Assembly (NCBI GenBank): GCA_047495785.1
Contig: JBLDXI010000034.1
Span: 744,001 to 808,000, forward strand
DNA: 64,000 nucleotides
From: Lepidodermella squamata
Taxonomy: Eukaryota > Animalia > Gastrotricha
Reading direction: 5' to 3'
The notes below the pieces were generated by a model. The model had not been told where the DNA came from. It searched no databases and worked only from the letters and a program-made list of their open reading frames with translations. Each line of letters opens with the position of its first letter. Position 1 is the stretch's first letter. The position numbers were made by a program, and so were the translations under genes. This document shows, piece by piece, positions 1-12,959 of this stretch.

Positions 1-155
1 ACATGTCTCTCATTAGGAGGCTGAGCTACACACGTCATACAAACAAAAAGCAGAGATTCATAAGCGCTATACAAGAACAGACGATAGCCCACCGGAGGGC
101 GTGGCTATCCGGGTCAAGATAAAGTCTCGGCACGTGAAAACAGTCGACATTCCAT

Positions 156-616
156 TTAGTGCAGTGATGGGTATCCCCGTGGAGCTTGGTAACCGCCTGG
201 AATTGGATACGTCCCACGAGGAGGCGGGAACGGATACGAGCCTGAAATAAGACCAAAATAAAGTGCGACTGCCAACAAAGTGATAAAAGGTTTATAAACT
301 TACTCCCTACACAGTTCAAATATGGCGAGTACGTATACATCGGGAAGTCCAACTGCTTGTTAGGAGGCGGGGTGGGCGGAACATCACGCTTCCTGCGATC
401 GTGGGTCTCCTCGTGGTAGTCATTATTCTGACGATGCTCGTCATCGCTGCTCGATGAGCTGGAGCTCGAGGAACTTGAGGATGAGCTCGATTTCCGATGA
501 CGGTCGGATTCCTTCTTCCGGTCTCGCTCGCGTTCCCGCTCTCGTTCGTAATCGCGATCTCGATCACGCTGGAACGAAGTTGTGTAGCTTGTAGTAGTAT
601 GCGTTGTACGAGACAT
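156..616 (-). CDS. Low-complexity small protein (RD/RE repeats, poly-Ser, Pro/Tyr-rich tail), probably 2 exons
   Basis: ORF 35..616 has an ATG start and strong compositional bias. A GTAAGT donor near 303 and a TTTCAG acceptor near 242 join it to an SYPFPPPRGTYP...LH* exon. No recognisable domain. Confidence 0.35.
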
Positions 617-1995
617 TTTTCACCGGAAAAATCTACAAAAAAATCAACAATAGGAATTAAATGCTCTATGAAAAAATAAGAATGCGAAATGCTCGTCGTA
701 AATAACAATCCGTGAATGTTGGCCAACCATACGTAGAAGTTTGGAGACCTCTATCATCGCTATGTTGGTTCATATTTGAGCATTTTGTGAAAACCCACCA
801 AGAATTTATAAGGTAATCAAGGTAAAATTAAATTTTAACATTGGATGAGAAATATATATAATAAAATTAGCAAAAAATAATAATAAAAAAAAAATAATAT
901 TAAAATTGAAATTTTTTTAATGAAAATGGGAAAATTAAGGGTTCCTCAAGGGTGCATACAATATGCTCTTGCTATCACGTGACAGAGATCAGCCATGATA
1001 TAATTTTAATTTCAGGAGATATGAATTGCTGAGGTACAAATTCAAAGAATTTCCGTTGCTAGAAACCAACATAGCATGCTTGAAGCGCTCATTCATAGAA
1101 AGAATACTCGAATTTGGCAATTATTCGGAAGTTAAATTCGGGGTAAATTTAAATAATCACGGAAAATCCCGAAATCCTCAATTGAAGGCTGAATTTCATC
1201 AGGCAACTTGAGAGATTGTTAAGAGTGCAAGTTTCATCTTCAGAAGTGTAAAAATCTTATCATCTCTGCCAGAAAGCGATATGGGGAATAAGCGCACGAA
1301 AAAACTGAAGAAGAAAACGTGACGTTATAGGCTGAACGGCAAAAAGCTCGTAACGTAGTGCCGCTGGCGTGTTGCCTCTCTTGAGTTTTTAAGTCAGTAC
1401 GCAACAGGCTTTGGCGGCGCCACGGCTACACACCTGGCAAGAACGTGTGAGAACAACTGTGTAAATAATCACGAGCAGATGATGATGACAATATAATGAC
1501 AAAAAAACACATTTCTTGTTCGCGCGCGCGTATTTTTTGCATAATATATTCAGACGAAAATTGTGTGCGTTTCGCTTTTTTCCTGGCAAATAAATGCGGC
1601 AAATGTAAAAATGTCATCTTCCGCGCATCAATGACATAATATTAGGTCAAGAATTAATGTCACACATTTTAAGCATGAATAATTGATTAAATAAATATCG
1701 AATTTCGTCATGATTGAAAACGGAAAACACAAAAAAACGGGACTGAAATTTAGATGTTCATTTTGTTCCACTTCAATTGTTACCTCGCTGAGTGCATCAT
1801 CACTTCCATTGTTCTCCGAGAGAGCCATTAAATAGTGTAGCTTGCAAGCTGTTCGCAAAGCCATTACGCTAATAATGAGATGATAACACAGTTAAAGAGT
1901 AAAGACCATCCGCAAAAATTATTAGCGTCACGCGTAAGTCTACTGATGAAGCGGATAGAAAAGTAATGGCCATTTTAGGTTATTAGCAAACAAAA

Positions 1996-4442
1996 ATGAC
2001 GTCTTGCTACATCACGCAGGCCATTTTTATCGCTATCCTTGTTCTAACGCAAACACTCACCTGTTCGAATCAAAGCACGGCGAAATCGGCCAAGGTTCTT
2101 GCTGAGAACGATTACGAAGAAGATTTCTACCATGACTACGCCGTTGAACAGGAAAAATCTAACCGAGACCGGTTCAGATTTTTGAAGGATAAACACAATT
2201 TTCTCATCGAGCATGGCCTGGAGAGCGGGAATTTCTGTAAACTTCGTTACGGACCGGACGAATTGTCAGCGTTTCTGAATTTCCTGTTGAAACAAGGCGG
2301 AGTGTTACGGGAACAATGCGAGGCGTTTCGAGACGAAAATGGGCCGCCAACCAGCATAAATTCAACAATTGTCTATCTGCTATGCGACTTTGTGCACAAC
2401 AGCATGGAACTTCGATCGATTTTGAGTGAGAACGAGTATTACCCAGATTTTTGTAACTCACTCGAATGTAACTACGAGGCTGAGATCAATTGGCTTGGCA
2501 TCGCTCAAAACCTGTCAAAAACTTGCCCGTTCTGGTCGGATAAATCTGTGGATGATTATTGTTTCGCTCTTCAAATCGATAGAGCCGCTAGTCTTTATCC
2601 TAGCCATTTCCCAGCGATTTCTCAGGGATTCAACCACCTTATTTCCTTCATTTGCGGGGCGGTTTCTGTCGCTGGCCCAGACGATTGCTTCTCTATTGGA
2701 GGATGCATTTATCAAGCGATTCAAGGTGCTGATGTTGAGAAGATTCGTGACAATGGTTGTGCAAAGTGTCGAGGGAAACCCACTGGACTTGTACCGAAAA
2801 CTTGGCAGCCTTCTCTCAAGCCTTGGTCGGACCATACTCCGAACAGAGAAATCCGGGGAAAATCGAGGTTAGAGTTCTTTTTCTTCTCACACCGCAAAAC
2901 GTTGGCCGCCTTTAATGAATATTTTTGAATTTTTTGTCCAATTAAAAATTGATAGTTACTATAATCTCAAATTATTAAAGTCAATTAATTTTTCTAGTGT
3001 TTTGTAGTTTAGAAAAAATATTATAAAATTCAACAAAGGTTCAAAACATTTAGAAGGAAATTCTTCTAGTGAATTCTCCAATACTAATTTTCCTTTTAGC
3101 TTTCATAAACACTGAATTATTCAATTTTCTTTCCCCTACCTTTAGATCAAATTTGGGAATCATCCTTTTTGATGCCGCTCCCTTGGACAGTAGCTGTCTA
3201 TGCAAAGAAAGCACAACCAAGGCCACGGAATCTCAATGCTACTGCTGCCCGGCCGACTACAACGGCCAGGGCATGGATATCGAGCAAAAGGGCTGCTGGC
3301 TGAAACAAGTCCTAACCGACCGAAAACCAATGCGAAAATGTTCTCATGAATGTCCAGCCTTATGCGACCGAAAATCCGTCAAACCCCTGCCGTGCTACAG
3401 CAGATGGTCCCGTAACAATCGAACAGCTGTTATCAAGAAACGACAACGATTGGTCTCTACACCGAAATCCACGACGCCTACAACCCCGAAAACAACCCCT
3501 GGGCTCGATGATAGGAGCTGTCTAGCGAAATGTAGCCCGATAGCCACCAATGTAACTGAGTGCTCATGTTGCGACAATCGTATGGATAACTGTCAAACTC
3601 TACTGAGCTTCACAGGTGATACGGGGCTAAATTTCTGCATGAGTTATTGCTTCAAATACTGTGAAGCTAAGGAATTATGCTCATCCAGCGATTTAGTCAC
3701 CTCAGCTACAACACCTGTACCGAATGAGGAGGAAAACTGTCTGGGGATCTGCGCTGATCAAACTGCGAATAACAGTACATTGTGCTACTGCTGCATCGGA
3801 AATTCTTTAACCTGCCAATATGCGTTGAAATTCAACGGAAAATCGGAATGTTCGAACCAGTGCGGTGATTTATGCCGATCTCAAAAGTTCTGCGTCTCTG
3901 AACCTGAACCAACTACAACCTCTTCGACAACAACCTCTCCAGCTAGAACTTCAACTACAACTACCCCGTATTCTCCCCGCTATACTTCATGTCAATGTCT
4001 TGCTGTTGGCGATGAAAAGAAGAGTAATTGCTTCTGCTGCGACGAGGACTGCATGTATACTGGGACCTATTTCGCAAATGTAACGAGTTGCGCCCAATTT
4101 TGCCCGGCAAACTGTAATTTAGCTGAAACTTGCTCAACACATCACCGAACTAGTCCTTCATTTAAACTTCAAGACCAGGAGGTCCAAACATCCATTTTCG
4201 AGGGTCAAAGTTGTCTATGCTACAGCTCAAATTCTACCTCAACAAGTTGCCACTGCTGTACGAAAGACTTTGGCGATCCGCAATCGCAGTTTGAAGTCGC
4301 TAATTTGTGTCAGGTGTCTGTTAACGTTACAGGCCCGTATTCGCGGGCTCAATGTCAGTCGTCATGCCCCGCACAGTGCAACATACCTTCACACATAGAT
4401 TTTTGCTTCACGCATCCGTCTAAGCCTTTGTTAATAGGCTAG
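1996..4442 (+). CDS. Secreted cysteine-rich protein A (~722 aa; exons 1996-2867, 3146-4442)
   Basis: Hydrophobic signal peptide. A phase-2 GT-AG intron (2868-3145) joins two ORFs in frame. N-terminal Cys-rich domain, then five CxC...CxCC modules separated by Thr/Pro linkers. AATAAA at ~4471. Confidence 0.8.
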
Positions 4443-4530
4443 TATTTGTATTGTACATGTGAGCTTTATGAATAAAAAATACGTTGTTTACTCACACTTG
4501 AAAAATAATGAAAAATCTACCTTAATAAAA

Positions 4531-6132
4531 ATGATAATTTTCGCGATTTTATTAAATTTTTTACAATTTTCTCACATTTATGCCTGTTTCTCGCCGTCGA
4601 AGAAAGGACCGGTTAAGGTGAAGAAAATCAACCCCGATGCTGCTGGGACTCAAATCTGTTCTCTCAGCTACAACTCAGCTCAATTTACGAAATTCACGGC
4701 TTTTTTACTCGAACAAAGCTCTGGAATCGGCCAGAGTTGTAGGAGACAGGATTTCTATCAGCAAAGCCCTGATGAATCGATTTCGCAGACATTCTGCAAC
4801 GCCTCGAACCATGCTTTAGCGATACGGTCCAGTTATAACGAAGCGAGATTCTATCCGGATAGATGCAGCAAACGGCAATGCTTGGAACGATTGGACCGAA
4901 ATCTTGAGGCTTTATCCCGAGTCTTAGCTCAGTCATGCCCGGTTTGGACAAGTGCTTCATTGAATAAGTACTGCCTATCAGTAGAAACGGACGATTTCGA
5001 GAGGTCGGAGGCTTTCTCTAAAGGGTTCCACCTTTTGATCTCATGGCTATGTTCAGCCCGGCCTGAAATTGGTGAACGGATTAACTGCAACCAAGTCCAG
5101 CCTTGCATTTTACAAGGTCTTACCGCCTCAAAAGTCGAGGAGATTCAGAATCATGGCTGTAAACGCTGCTTATTGGACGAGGAAAACACTGAGCAGGACG
5201 AAGACGAGGAGGAGGAAAAATCGAAAGATGTTATGGACGATCGAATAGAAGACGAAAATTCTTGTCTTTGCCAGGAGAGAACGAACGATGATACGGCTGT
5301 CACGTGTTACTGCTGTCCATTATCATTTTCCGGCAAATTCACTGGCAGAATTAGGGATACGGGGTGTCTACAAAAGGCCAGCTATGTCGGGAGTCTTTCG
5401 ATGAAAAATTGCTCCATGGACTGCCCGAGTCGGTGTAGTCCTTATACTGTATACCCTATGGATTGCTATGGTAGACTCCTTAGTCGGGCTGAGCGTCCCC
5501 TTCCTGTCCCAACTCTCAACGTTACCAGCGGCCGAAATGCAAGTAACGTGACCCTGGCACCTCCAACCACAAGAGCTCCGACTACAGCAGTTACCACAAC
5601 TGCAATTACTCGTAAAGGAGGGTGCTCTTGCAACTACATCAACGATACTGCGACTAGATGTTCGTGCTGTAAGGACAATATCTGTAATATGGTCCTACAA
5701 ACTAGATCCTACGAGGTTTGCGGTGATATTTGCTACAACGCTTGTTATGCTGCCGAAAGGTGCACCAGTACCAGGGTAAATTCGATGATAGTCACACCTA
5801 GCGGAACTTCTACTACGACTGTTCCGACTTCAACGCGAAGGTGGAGAACGACCCGTGCTACGAAAACAACAACCATGGATTTAGGTAGGAATTAATTCTG
5901 TAATTTAAGGCTGAATTTTCATTTCAAATTTTTCCAGTAATCGATTACTATGAGGACAACGAGTTTTACAACACGAAGAATTTCACCACGCCTTGAATCT
6001 ACACTTACTGGTAATTAGATTTCAGCTCGGTTCTCGAAATCTATTTGTTTTATTAATTTTCCAGCTCCGGAAAGAGTCAATCTCTGCAAATTGGTTGTCT
6101 GTTACATTGAGGCTACCATTGAAACTGAATAA
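4531..6132 (+). CDS. Secreted cysteine-rich protein B, tandem paralog of A (exons 4531-5884, 5938-6010, 6065-6132)
   Basis: Signal peptide MIIFAILLNFLQFSHIYA. Shares motifs with A (YPDxC, CPxW, SxGFxxLISxxC, CIxQ, VExIxxxGC, SCLC...CYCCP) and has Thr-rich linkers. The last two exons are inferred from splice sites only. Confidence 0.75.
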
Positions 6133-6308
6133 AAATCCTAGATTATAGCTTTGATAGCGGTTTCAGAAGGTTTCGAAAGCTAGTGCGCCCCGTAATGCAT
6201 CCCACGCTAATGAAAAATTATTTACTGGTTGGAGCCTTTTAGGATGAAAATCTCCTTCTGCTTAGTACGTACGTCAATCATTGCAAGCACTTGTTTTTTC
6301 TATACGAA

Positions 6309-8920
6309 ATGAAGTTTTTAATTCTGGCTATCGTAATTTTCCAAGCTTCTGCTGCTAGGGACATCTTCAAGAAGCCGTACACTCTGAAAATTCCTGCAAC
6401 CCTGCCACTAACTGGTCCGTTACCACTAGCTAAAATGTGCACTGAATCCATCGAAATGATGCTGCGCCGTATCAACGCCCAAACTGAAATATTGCCAGAT
6501 TACAATGTCGTAGTCGACATTATCGACGACCAATGTCAGGGAAGTACTGCTCTGAACAAATTTCTTCCGTTCTTTCAGAGTGAGAGTCGGAAATCCGATT
6601 TATTAGATCCTGAGTCTTCAATCATTGGAACGAAAATCATTCCCGAGGACATTCAGTTTGCTAGGAAAAGTTCCATGAATGCTGTTATAGCTCCGCTTAT
6701 CGTTGGTGGAATGTGCTCGGCGGTTTGTAGGGTCGTTGCTCGATGTGTTCAACATTTCAACATTATTAACGTAAGCTCGCCCATTAATTTATAATTTTGT
6801 GGATAATTTTCAAAAACCTTTCCAATCTTATGCTCTGATTCATTCTTTTTTAAATATTTTTTTCAATTTTCAGTTTTCCGCAGGATGCAACGATATAAGC
6901 TTCATGAATCGGAAAACGTACCCGAATTTCTATCGAGTGATAACGAACCTTCAGCTGGTGCAAACCACTGTGCCTCTAATCAAGCTAATGGGCTGGAATA
7001 GAGTCGCAATCATTTCCGACACTAACCCACAGCTTTTCAAGGTTAATTGCTCTCACTAATGTCTGTTTTTTTCAATGTATCGTGCGTCATTCAAGGTTGC
7101 TAATGATATTTTGATCCTGCTACAAAGCGAAAATATCACCGTAACAGCTGTCGAGTTCTTTACGGAAGATCCAACTGAAGTTGTTAGTAGGATCAAGTCA
7201 ACGGGAACAAGAGTTATTTTCGCAAATTGCTACCTAGACACATGCCCAGCCCTAGCTTGCCAGGTATATCATTTCAGACCTGTATTTTCTATTAAATTTA
7301 GAAATATTCTCAGGCGTACCTTCAAGGCTTGTATGGACCCCGAATAATTTGGATGTTCCCTGCTTTAAATTTTGTGACAAGCAAGCGACTTCCTAACGAG
7401 TGTACCCCGTCGATGATGCAAGAGGTCGATAAAGGAGCGCTGTTCTTTCAGCAGATACCACTGCATTACAGAACAAAGCCAATCGAAACAGGGCTGACTG
7501 GCCAACAGTTGGACGACTTTCTAAATGCTACAGTTCCAGGGATTTGGAACGATTCTCTTGTGGACTCGCGCAAAATGTGCATTGATAACGTTTTGCCAGC
7601 GATCTACGTTCTGGATTCAGTAGAAAAGCGGCTGCAATCGCGTAAAGAAATTTGAAGTATTTTACCGAAAATTTCATTATTTCAAATTAAGGTGGCTCTA
7701 ATTTACACGAGTACGTCTCAGATCGGACGAAGAGTCGTGAAATGGAGGAAATCATTCGAGATTCCATGACATCGATCGACATACGCATTTTCTCGGGTCG
7801 AATTCGCTACGAACCTGGCCAGCACGAGATTGAACTTCCAGCCGGTTACTGGCAGTCCCAGGAGAACGGATTACGACGCCTAGTTTACTTGGATAAAGGA
7901 GTCGAGCGGGAGAATGACTCGAGTCGCTACGAATTCCGTACAGCAATGCGATGGCTTACTCTTGATGGGAAACCCCCAAAAAGCGAGCCTACTTTGAGCC
8001 TAATCAAAAGGATGGTCCCTGAATGGCTAAAAGCGATAGGATTACTCATATCAGTCCTTATAATCCTTATTTGCCTCTCGCTAGCTGGAATTCAGTACTA
8101 CCTCAGGGAGCAATACCAATTGTTCGCAGCGTATCCTGAAACGACTTTCTTCGGATTAACAGGATTCATATTTCTTCACTTGAACATTCTGATTTTTTCC
8201 GAGAAGAATTTGATGTGCCAAATTTGTCCTGTAGTCACTACTCTCGGTCTTTCCCTGTTGAGTGGATCTTTCATCATCAAACTAACCCGAACAAGGTTGG
8301 TCGTGTGTTACGCCTACAAAATCGATAATGGCGGGAAGAATTCGAAACAAGACGTCAAAATTGTCGTAGAAGAAGAGGCTCTGTTAAAATATATGAAAAA
8401 GCGACGCGAAAATTTGTTCTCTATGACTGTATGGCTGTGCTGTAATATGTCTGTCATCTTACTTTGGTATGTTGTTGGAAATCCACCTTCGATTCGTAAA
8501 TCCTACTTCGAGACTTATGACGATTTTCGTGATGAGACTCGCCAAGAATTGTCTGAAAAATGCTATATAGGTGATAACATTTTCTCTGAAATCTTCGCCT
8601 CTGTTATCGTAGGTCTTCAAGGTCTAAGCTTAATCACCGCTTTTGTACTAGCCGTCCTAAAACGGCGATATGTCTACTCTGAAATCCGATACTCTGTTCG
8701 CAGTGTTTACATCCTCCTACCAGCTGTTTTGTCCTGCGTTTTCTTCATAAGCATTGAACAGCGAATTGATGTTGTTTTTCATTTCTTAACCTTCATGATT
8801 GATTTCACGACCGTTGCGATATTGCTTACACTTTTCAAGAAAAAGCGTAAAATCTACGCTCGCAATTTACGGCAAAAAACAACGTACACGTTGAGTAGCC
8901 AAATTTCATCGCAGAATTAG
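6309..8920 (+). CDS. Class C GPCR, GABA-B-like (VFT + 7TM), copy G1; exons 6309-6770, 6874-7041, 7096-7263, 7314-7641, 7692-8920
   Basis: Signal peptide. VFT motifs INAQTEILPDY, DDQC, CSAVC, YPNFYR, GWNRVAII, GLYGPRIIW. Seven hydrophobic segments and no nine-Cys domain. All four introns restore the frame. Confidence 0.88.
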
Positions 8921-9026
8921 GCCACTCCCCATATCTTATCTCTGTTATTTATTGTCAAAAGATATGCCAAGAGTTCAGTAAAAAAAAAACCAACCGTGAA
9001 CTCCACGCCCGTCATATACAAAAAAT

Positions 9027-10250
9027 ATGAAGCTGATAATTTTTCTCCAATTCTTAGCTCTTGGCCATGCGATTGATTCGTATAATATCGATCCTAACGA
9101 AGTGACTGTATCTGGCCTATCATCAGGCGGATATTTCGCTGTCCAGCTTCATGTTGGATTCTCCGGAATTTTCAAGGGCGCTGGGGTTGTAGCAGGGGGT
9201 CCTTACTACTGCGCCCAGGGCAATATGCTGACTGCAACTTCAGCATGCATGAAAAGCCCGGGCTCGATAAACGTGAACAACCTCGTCTCTACAACTAAAC
9301 AATGGGACAAAAGCGGCTACATCGACCCAGTGTCAAATTTAGCCGGATCCCCAGTCTACCTGATATCCGGGACTAAAGATACAGTTGTAGTTCAGGGTGT
9401 TATGGATAAATTGAACGATTATTACAAGCAATTCTCGGCTGATGTTACTTACAATAAGGACATAGCTGTAGGGCATGCTTTTGTGACGGAAAATTACGGA
9501 GGATCTTGCGGATCGAACCAGTCGCCATACATCAACAAATGCGGCTACGACGGAGCTGGCGCGATCTTGAACAAGCTCCACGGCCCTTTGAAGGCTAAAT
9601 CTTCGTCGCTGAGAGGCAAATTCATCGAATTCGACCAATCAAAATTCTTCGCGTCTAGTAAATCGTTTGGCCTCGCGAAAACTGGTTGGCTCTACGTCCC
9701 AGTGTCTTGCTCGAATGGGCAACTGTGTAAACTGCATTTTGTCCTGCATGGCTGTGTTCAAAATTACGGTACTGTCAACGATAAAGTTGTGAAGAACACC
9801 GGTTACAATGAATGGGCTGATTCGAATGATATAATTGTTGTCTATCCTCAAATTGCAACTACTGGAGCCACAAACAACTGCTGGGACTGGTGGGGAGACC
9901 AGAAGGACGCGAGTAATTACGCGAAGAAGACCGGGAATCAAATGTCGATTTTCAAACGAATGTTGGACGCTTTCCTGGCTGGGAAGACTTCTGAGCCAAC
10001 TAATGGTGGGTCGACCCAAAGTCCGGATGAGAAGACTACGCCGAAGAAAACTACGTCGGGTGAAGGACCATTCGGAGCCTGTTACAAGTCGAATAATTAC
10101 GACCATGTTAAGGATGGCAGGGCGTATCAGAAATCCGGAATGACCTACGCAAAAGGCTCGGATCAAAGTATGGGTCTTTGGAACATTTTTGTCTATACCA
10201 AACTTCGGCTGATGTCTACTGATTATTACATCGTTGACTCTACTTGCTGA
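9027..10250 (+). CDS. phaZ: Extracellular short-chain-length PHA/PHB depolymerase with C-terminal substrate-binding domain; intronless
   Basis: Signal peptide; lipase box VTVSGLSSGG; AGGPYYCA; putative catalytic Asp in GTKDTVV and His in GHAF; LHGC and CWDWWG motifs; Thr/Ser linker; SBD motif NYDHVKDGRAY...YAKGSDQSMGLWN...C. AATAAA at ~10307. Confidence 0.9.
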   Translation: MKLIIFLQFLALGHAIDSYNIDPNEVTVSGLSSGGYFAVQLHVGFSGIFKGAGVVAGGPYYCAQGNMLTATSACMKSPGSINVNNLVSTTKQWDKSGYIDPVSNLAGSPVYLISGTKDTVVVQGVMDKLNDYYKQFSADVTYNKDIAVGHAFVTENYGGSCGSNQSPYINKCGYDGAGAILNKLHGPLKAKSSSLRGKFIEFDQSKFFASSKSFGLAKTGWLYVPVSCSNGQLCKLHFVLHGCVQNYGTVNDKVVKNTGYNEWADSNDIIVVYPQIATTGATNNCWDWWGDQKDASNYAKKTGNQMSIFKRMLDAFLAGKTSEPTNGGSTQSPDEKTTPKKTTSGEGPFGACYKSNNYDHVKDGRAYQKSGMTYAKGSDQSMGLWNIFVYTKLRLMSTDYYIVDSTC

Positions 10251-10369
10251 GGAAAACACTCGACGCTTGTATCCATTTTTGGCTTGCTTTGCTACGTGAT
10301 ATGCCTAATAAAGCCCATATCACATGTTTTTTTTAGAGAAATCTACGGCAAGGTCTGCGTGAAGGAGAC

Positions 10370-10851
10370 CAGTGACTTTGATTTGATTTGATTTGATTTA
10401 TTCAGTAAATCACAGGTCTCTGTAAATCAATCATTTCAAATCAAATCCCCAAAACTCGATAGTAAATCAATCAAATCAAATCATCAAGCCCGTTTAAATC
10501 AAATCAAATCAAATCTTTCGCATAGGGAAACATGAGTATCATGGTAAAGTTCCGGGGGTTCTTTCAAATTTCAAACTTGATTTTGGTTGAATGAGTATGA
10601 AAGGGGATGAATAGCTCTGGGCTTTAGAAAACAGCTGTTTTCAAGGCAAATGTAAGTTCTCATGTTTAGTAACAGGGGGAGATCCGAGAGTTCTTATTTT
10701 TATAAATCAGCAGTAAATCAAGTGGGCTAAATTTAAATTAAATCAAATCATCCTGAAATTTTCTAAATCAAATCATCAATAAATCAAATCATCAAAAAAT
10801 GGCCTAAATCAAATCAAATCACAATCAAATCAAATCAAATCAAAGTCTCTG
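10370..10851. mobile_element. Non-autonomous TIR element (MITE) rich in AAATC pentamers
   Basis: Left end CAGTGACTTTGATTTGATTTGATTTGAT is the near-perfect reverse complement of right end ATCAAATCAAATCAAATCAAAGTCTCTG. A second copy lies at 18283-19723. No TSD detected. Confidence 0.75.
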
Positions 10852-12119
10852 CTTTTTGGTCTTGTGGTGGATATAAATTGGAAGTTGATATGCCTCATTT
10901 TCGCATTAACAACGCCACAGTTCATGCCATCAGCAGTGCCTATTTACAAGGAGCACAGTCCCTGACAAGCGCACGGTCAGGGTCCGGGTCCGGGTCCGGC
11001 CCCGGGGTGGTTGGTAATTGAATGAAAATAATAATCGCTAATTTGCGTTATCAAAAAATGATAGAGGTATAATAATAATGAACAAAGTTTTTTTTTAATT
11101 ATTTTCTGCCGGATCGTAGCCTTCTATTTTTTAATTACAGAAATAAAATTTGCCAAATAGTATGTCTGTCGAGGCTTCTGGATCGTATCCGGACCGTTAC
11201 GCACGGTCAGGAATTTATTGAGTTGAAACTAAAAATATCTCACACGCGCCCGAACTATTTTTAGCTCCAAGCTTGGGTTGAACTCAGCTAAAAATAAAAG
11301 AGTGTAACTCGGACAGACCAAGAAGTTTTAATAGTTTTAAAAATATGAATATTCATGAGGTGCTAATTAATATTCCGAAGCCCTCAAAGTTGATAATTAA
11401 GTCAGAAAAATTATGGAAAAATTATTTTTGAATAGTTATAAACTTACTCTAATTGCTAAAATTTGTCTGCAATATTTGGCACTTGACTAAGAATGTCCTA
11501 GTTTCATGACATTTCATGAATATATTCATATTATTGAAACTATCCCCCTTTCCCTGGAGCCATTTTTGGAGATCGTGAATAGGGCGTCATTTTGGTCCGT
11601 TTTGCTGGGGATAAACTGCCTCATTTCGCACGTGCGAAAAATTTCAACTAGCATCGCCTCAATTCCACCGTGCGGATCTTTTGATTGTCACTGTATACTT
11701 GCTGAACTACACCAACCATCTTATCAAATAAAAAGCGAATATATTCCAAATGGTTCATACCCAATTTGGAATTTAATTCAGATACCAAATTGAAAAATTA
11801 ATCTTTTTTGTCTCAGATTTGGAATGTCTCAGATTGACCAACCGAGTTGAGCTCATTCTGCCGTTCACTTCGCACCGCTATCACGGTCGGCCGCGAGGTG
11901 GACTTCATGGCCACAGTTGATCTTGCCTTGAAAACAGCTGCAATAATCGGCAACAGACCAGTGTTGATTGCCTTATCGCCAGACCAAATTTTCGTCGCCG
12001 TGATAGCCATCGAAAATGTGAATGATATCTTTGTTGTCGGGAATTAGGCGACGCGTCGAAGCTCTAATAGCTAACTGCCTGGCCAAAGGAGCGCCTCGTC
12101 TTTTCAAAATCCCAAAACT

Positions 12120-12959
12120 TCATTATTCGACGATATCGGTCGCTATGTCCAAAGCAGTTCTGCCATTGTCATCTGTCAAATTCACATCTACGCCAAGATC
12201 GAGTATGCTCCAGAGTATGCTCCCGAATTTGAAGATTATAAGAGCGGTATAGCCCTAATATCCGTCCTTCATGCCTTTGCTAGCTAAATACCGCATAATT
12301 TCGACGAGATCTCAGTCGTCAATCTGCGGGCCATCGAAGGGCCACTGAAGGTGATAGTCGCAGGAATACTTCGACCTCGAATTAACGTCGTTCCCACCAA
12401 CTTCAATCGCAAACCTGATAAAGCCCAGATGGGTCAAAGCAGCCTTTTCAATTTGACAAGCTTGAAGCAACATGTTATCACCATTGTTATTCCTCGCCTG
12501 TGGGTCAGCTCCACGGTCGATCAAGTACTGTGTAGAGCGATGGAATCACCAGTTTTAGCTGCAATTAGCAACTAAATCTTGCAGCCCAGAGAAATAGAGT
12601 TTTTGTAAACTTGTCGCGTCTGTATTCATCAAGGATAGTATTCCTCACCTCAACATTCGCTCCATTTTGCAGCAGGATTTCAACCATTTCGAAACTTTGA
12701 TCTGTTCGAACAGCATTTACGATAGCTGGGGCTCGGTATCCCGACGTGACAGTGGATTTTGAATTTACGTTAACATGGTCGCAATCCAGCATTTGCTGAA
12801 CCGTCGAAAATTGGCCTGAAATAATTGCCTGTTTGATAGCCTGGCAAAAAAAATTCTTGAAGCCATAGTTCAAAATTGTTTTAGTCCTAAACTTTCATAG
12901 TTAACCGCCGCACACGCAAGGCATAATCGAATCAACAGCATTCGAATATACAAAGTCAT
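12120..12959 (-). pseudogene. Ankyrin-repeat protein pseudogene
   Basis: Ankyrin motifs ILLQNGANVE, LIAAKTG, LIDRGADPQARNNNGDNML and LGVDVNLTDDNGRTALDIA are spread over different frames with in-frame stops. Confidence 0.7.

Noticed and set aside
6309-8920. Assigning GABBR1/GABBR2 or nAChR gene symbols to the receptors
   Set aside because: Ligand residues and C-terminal features are not conserved; orthology cannot be shown without a phylogeny.
10374-10847. Telomeric or satellite (AAATC)n array
   Set aside because: The pentamers are inverted at the two ends and recur as a dispersed element, so this is a MITE.
10957-11212. Possible small MITE with GGGTCC repeats
   Set aside because: Inverted ends are too imperfect and there is no TSD or second copy in the window.
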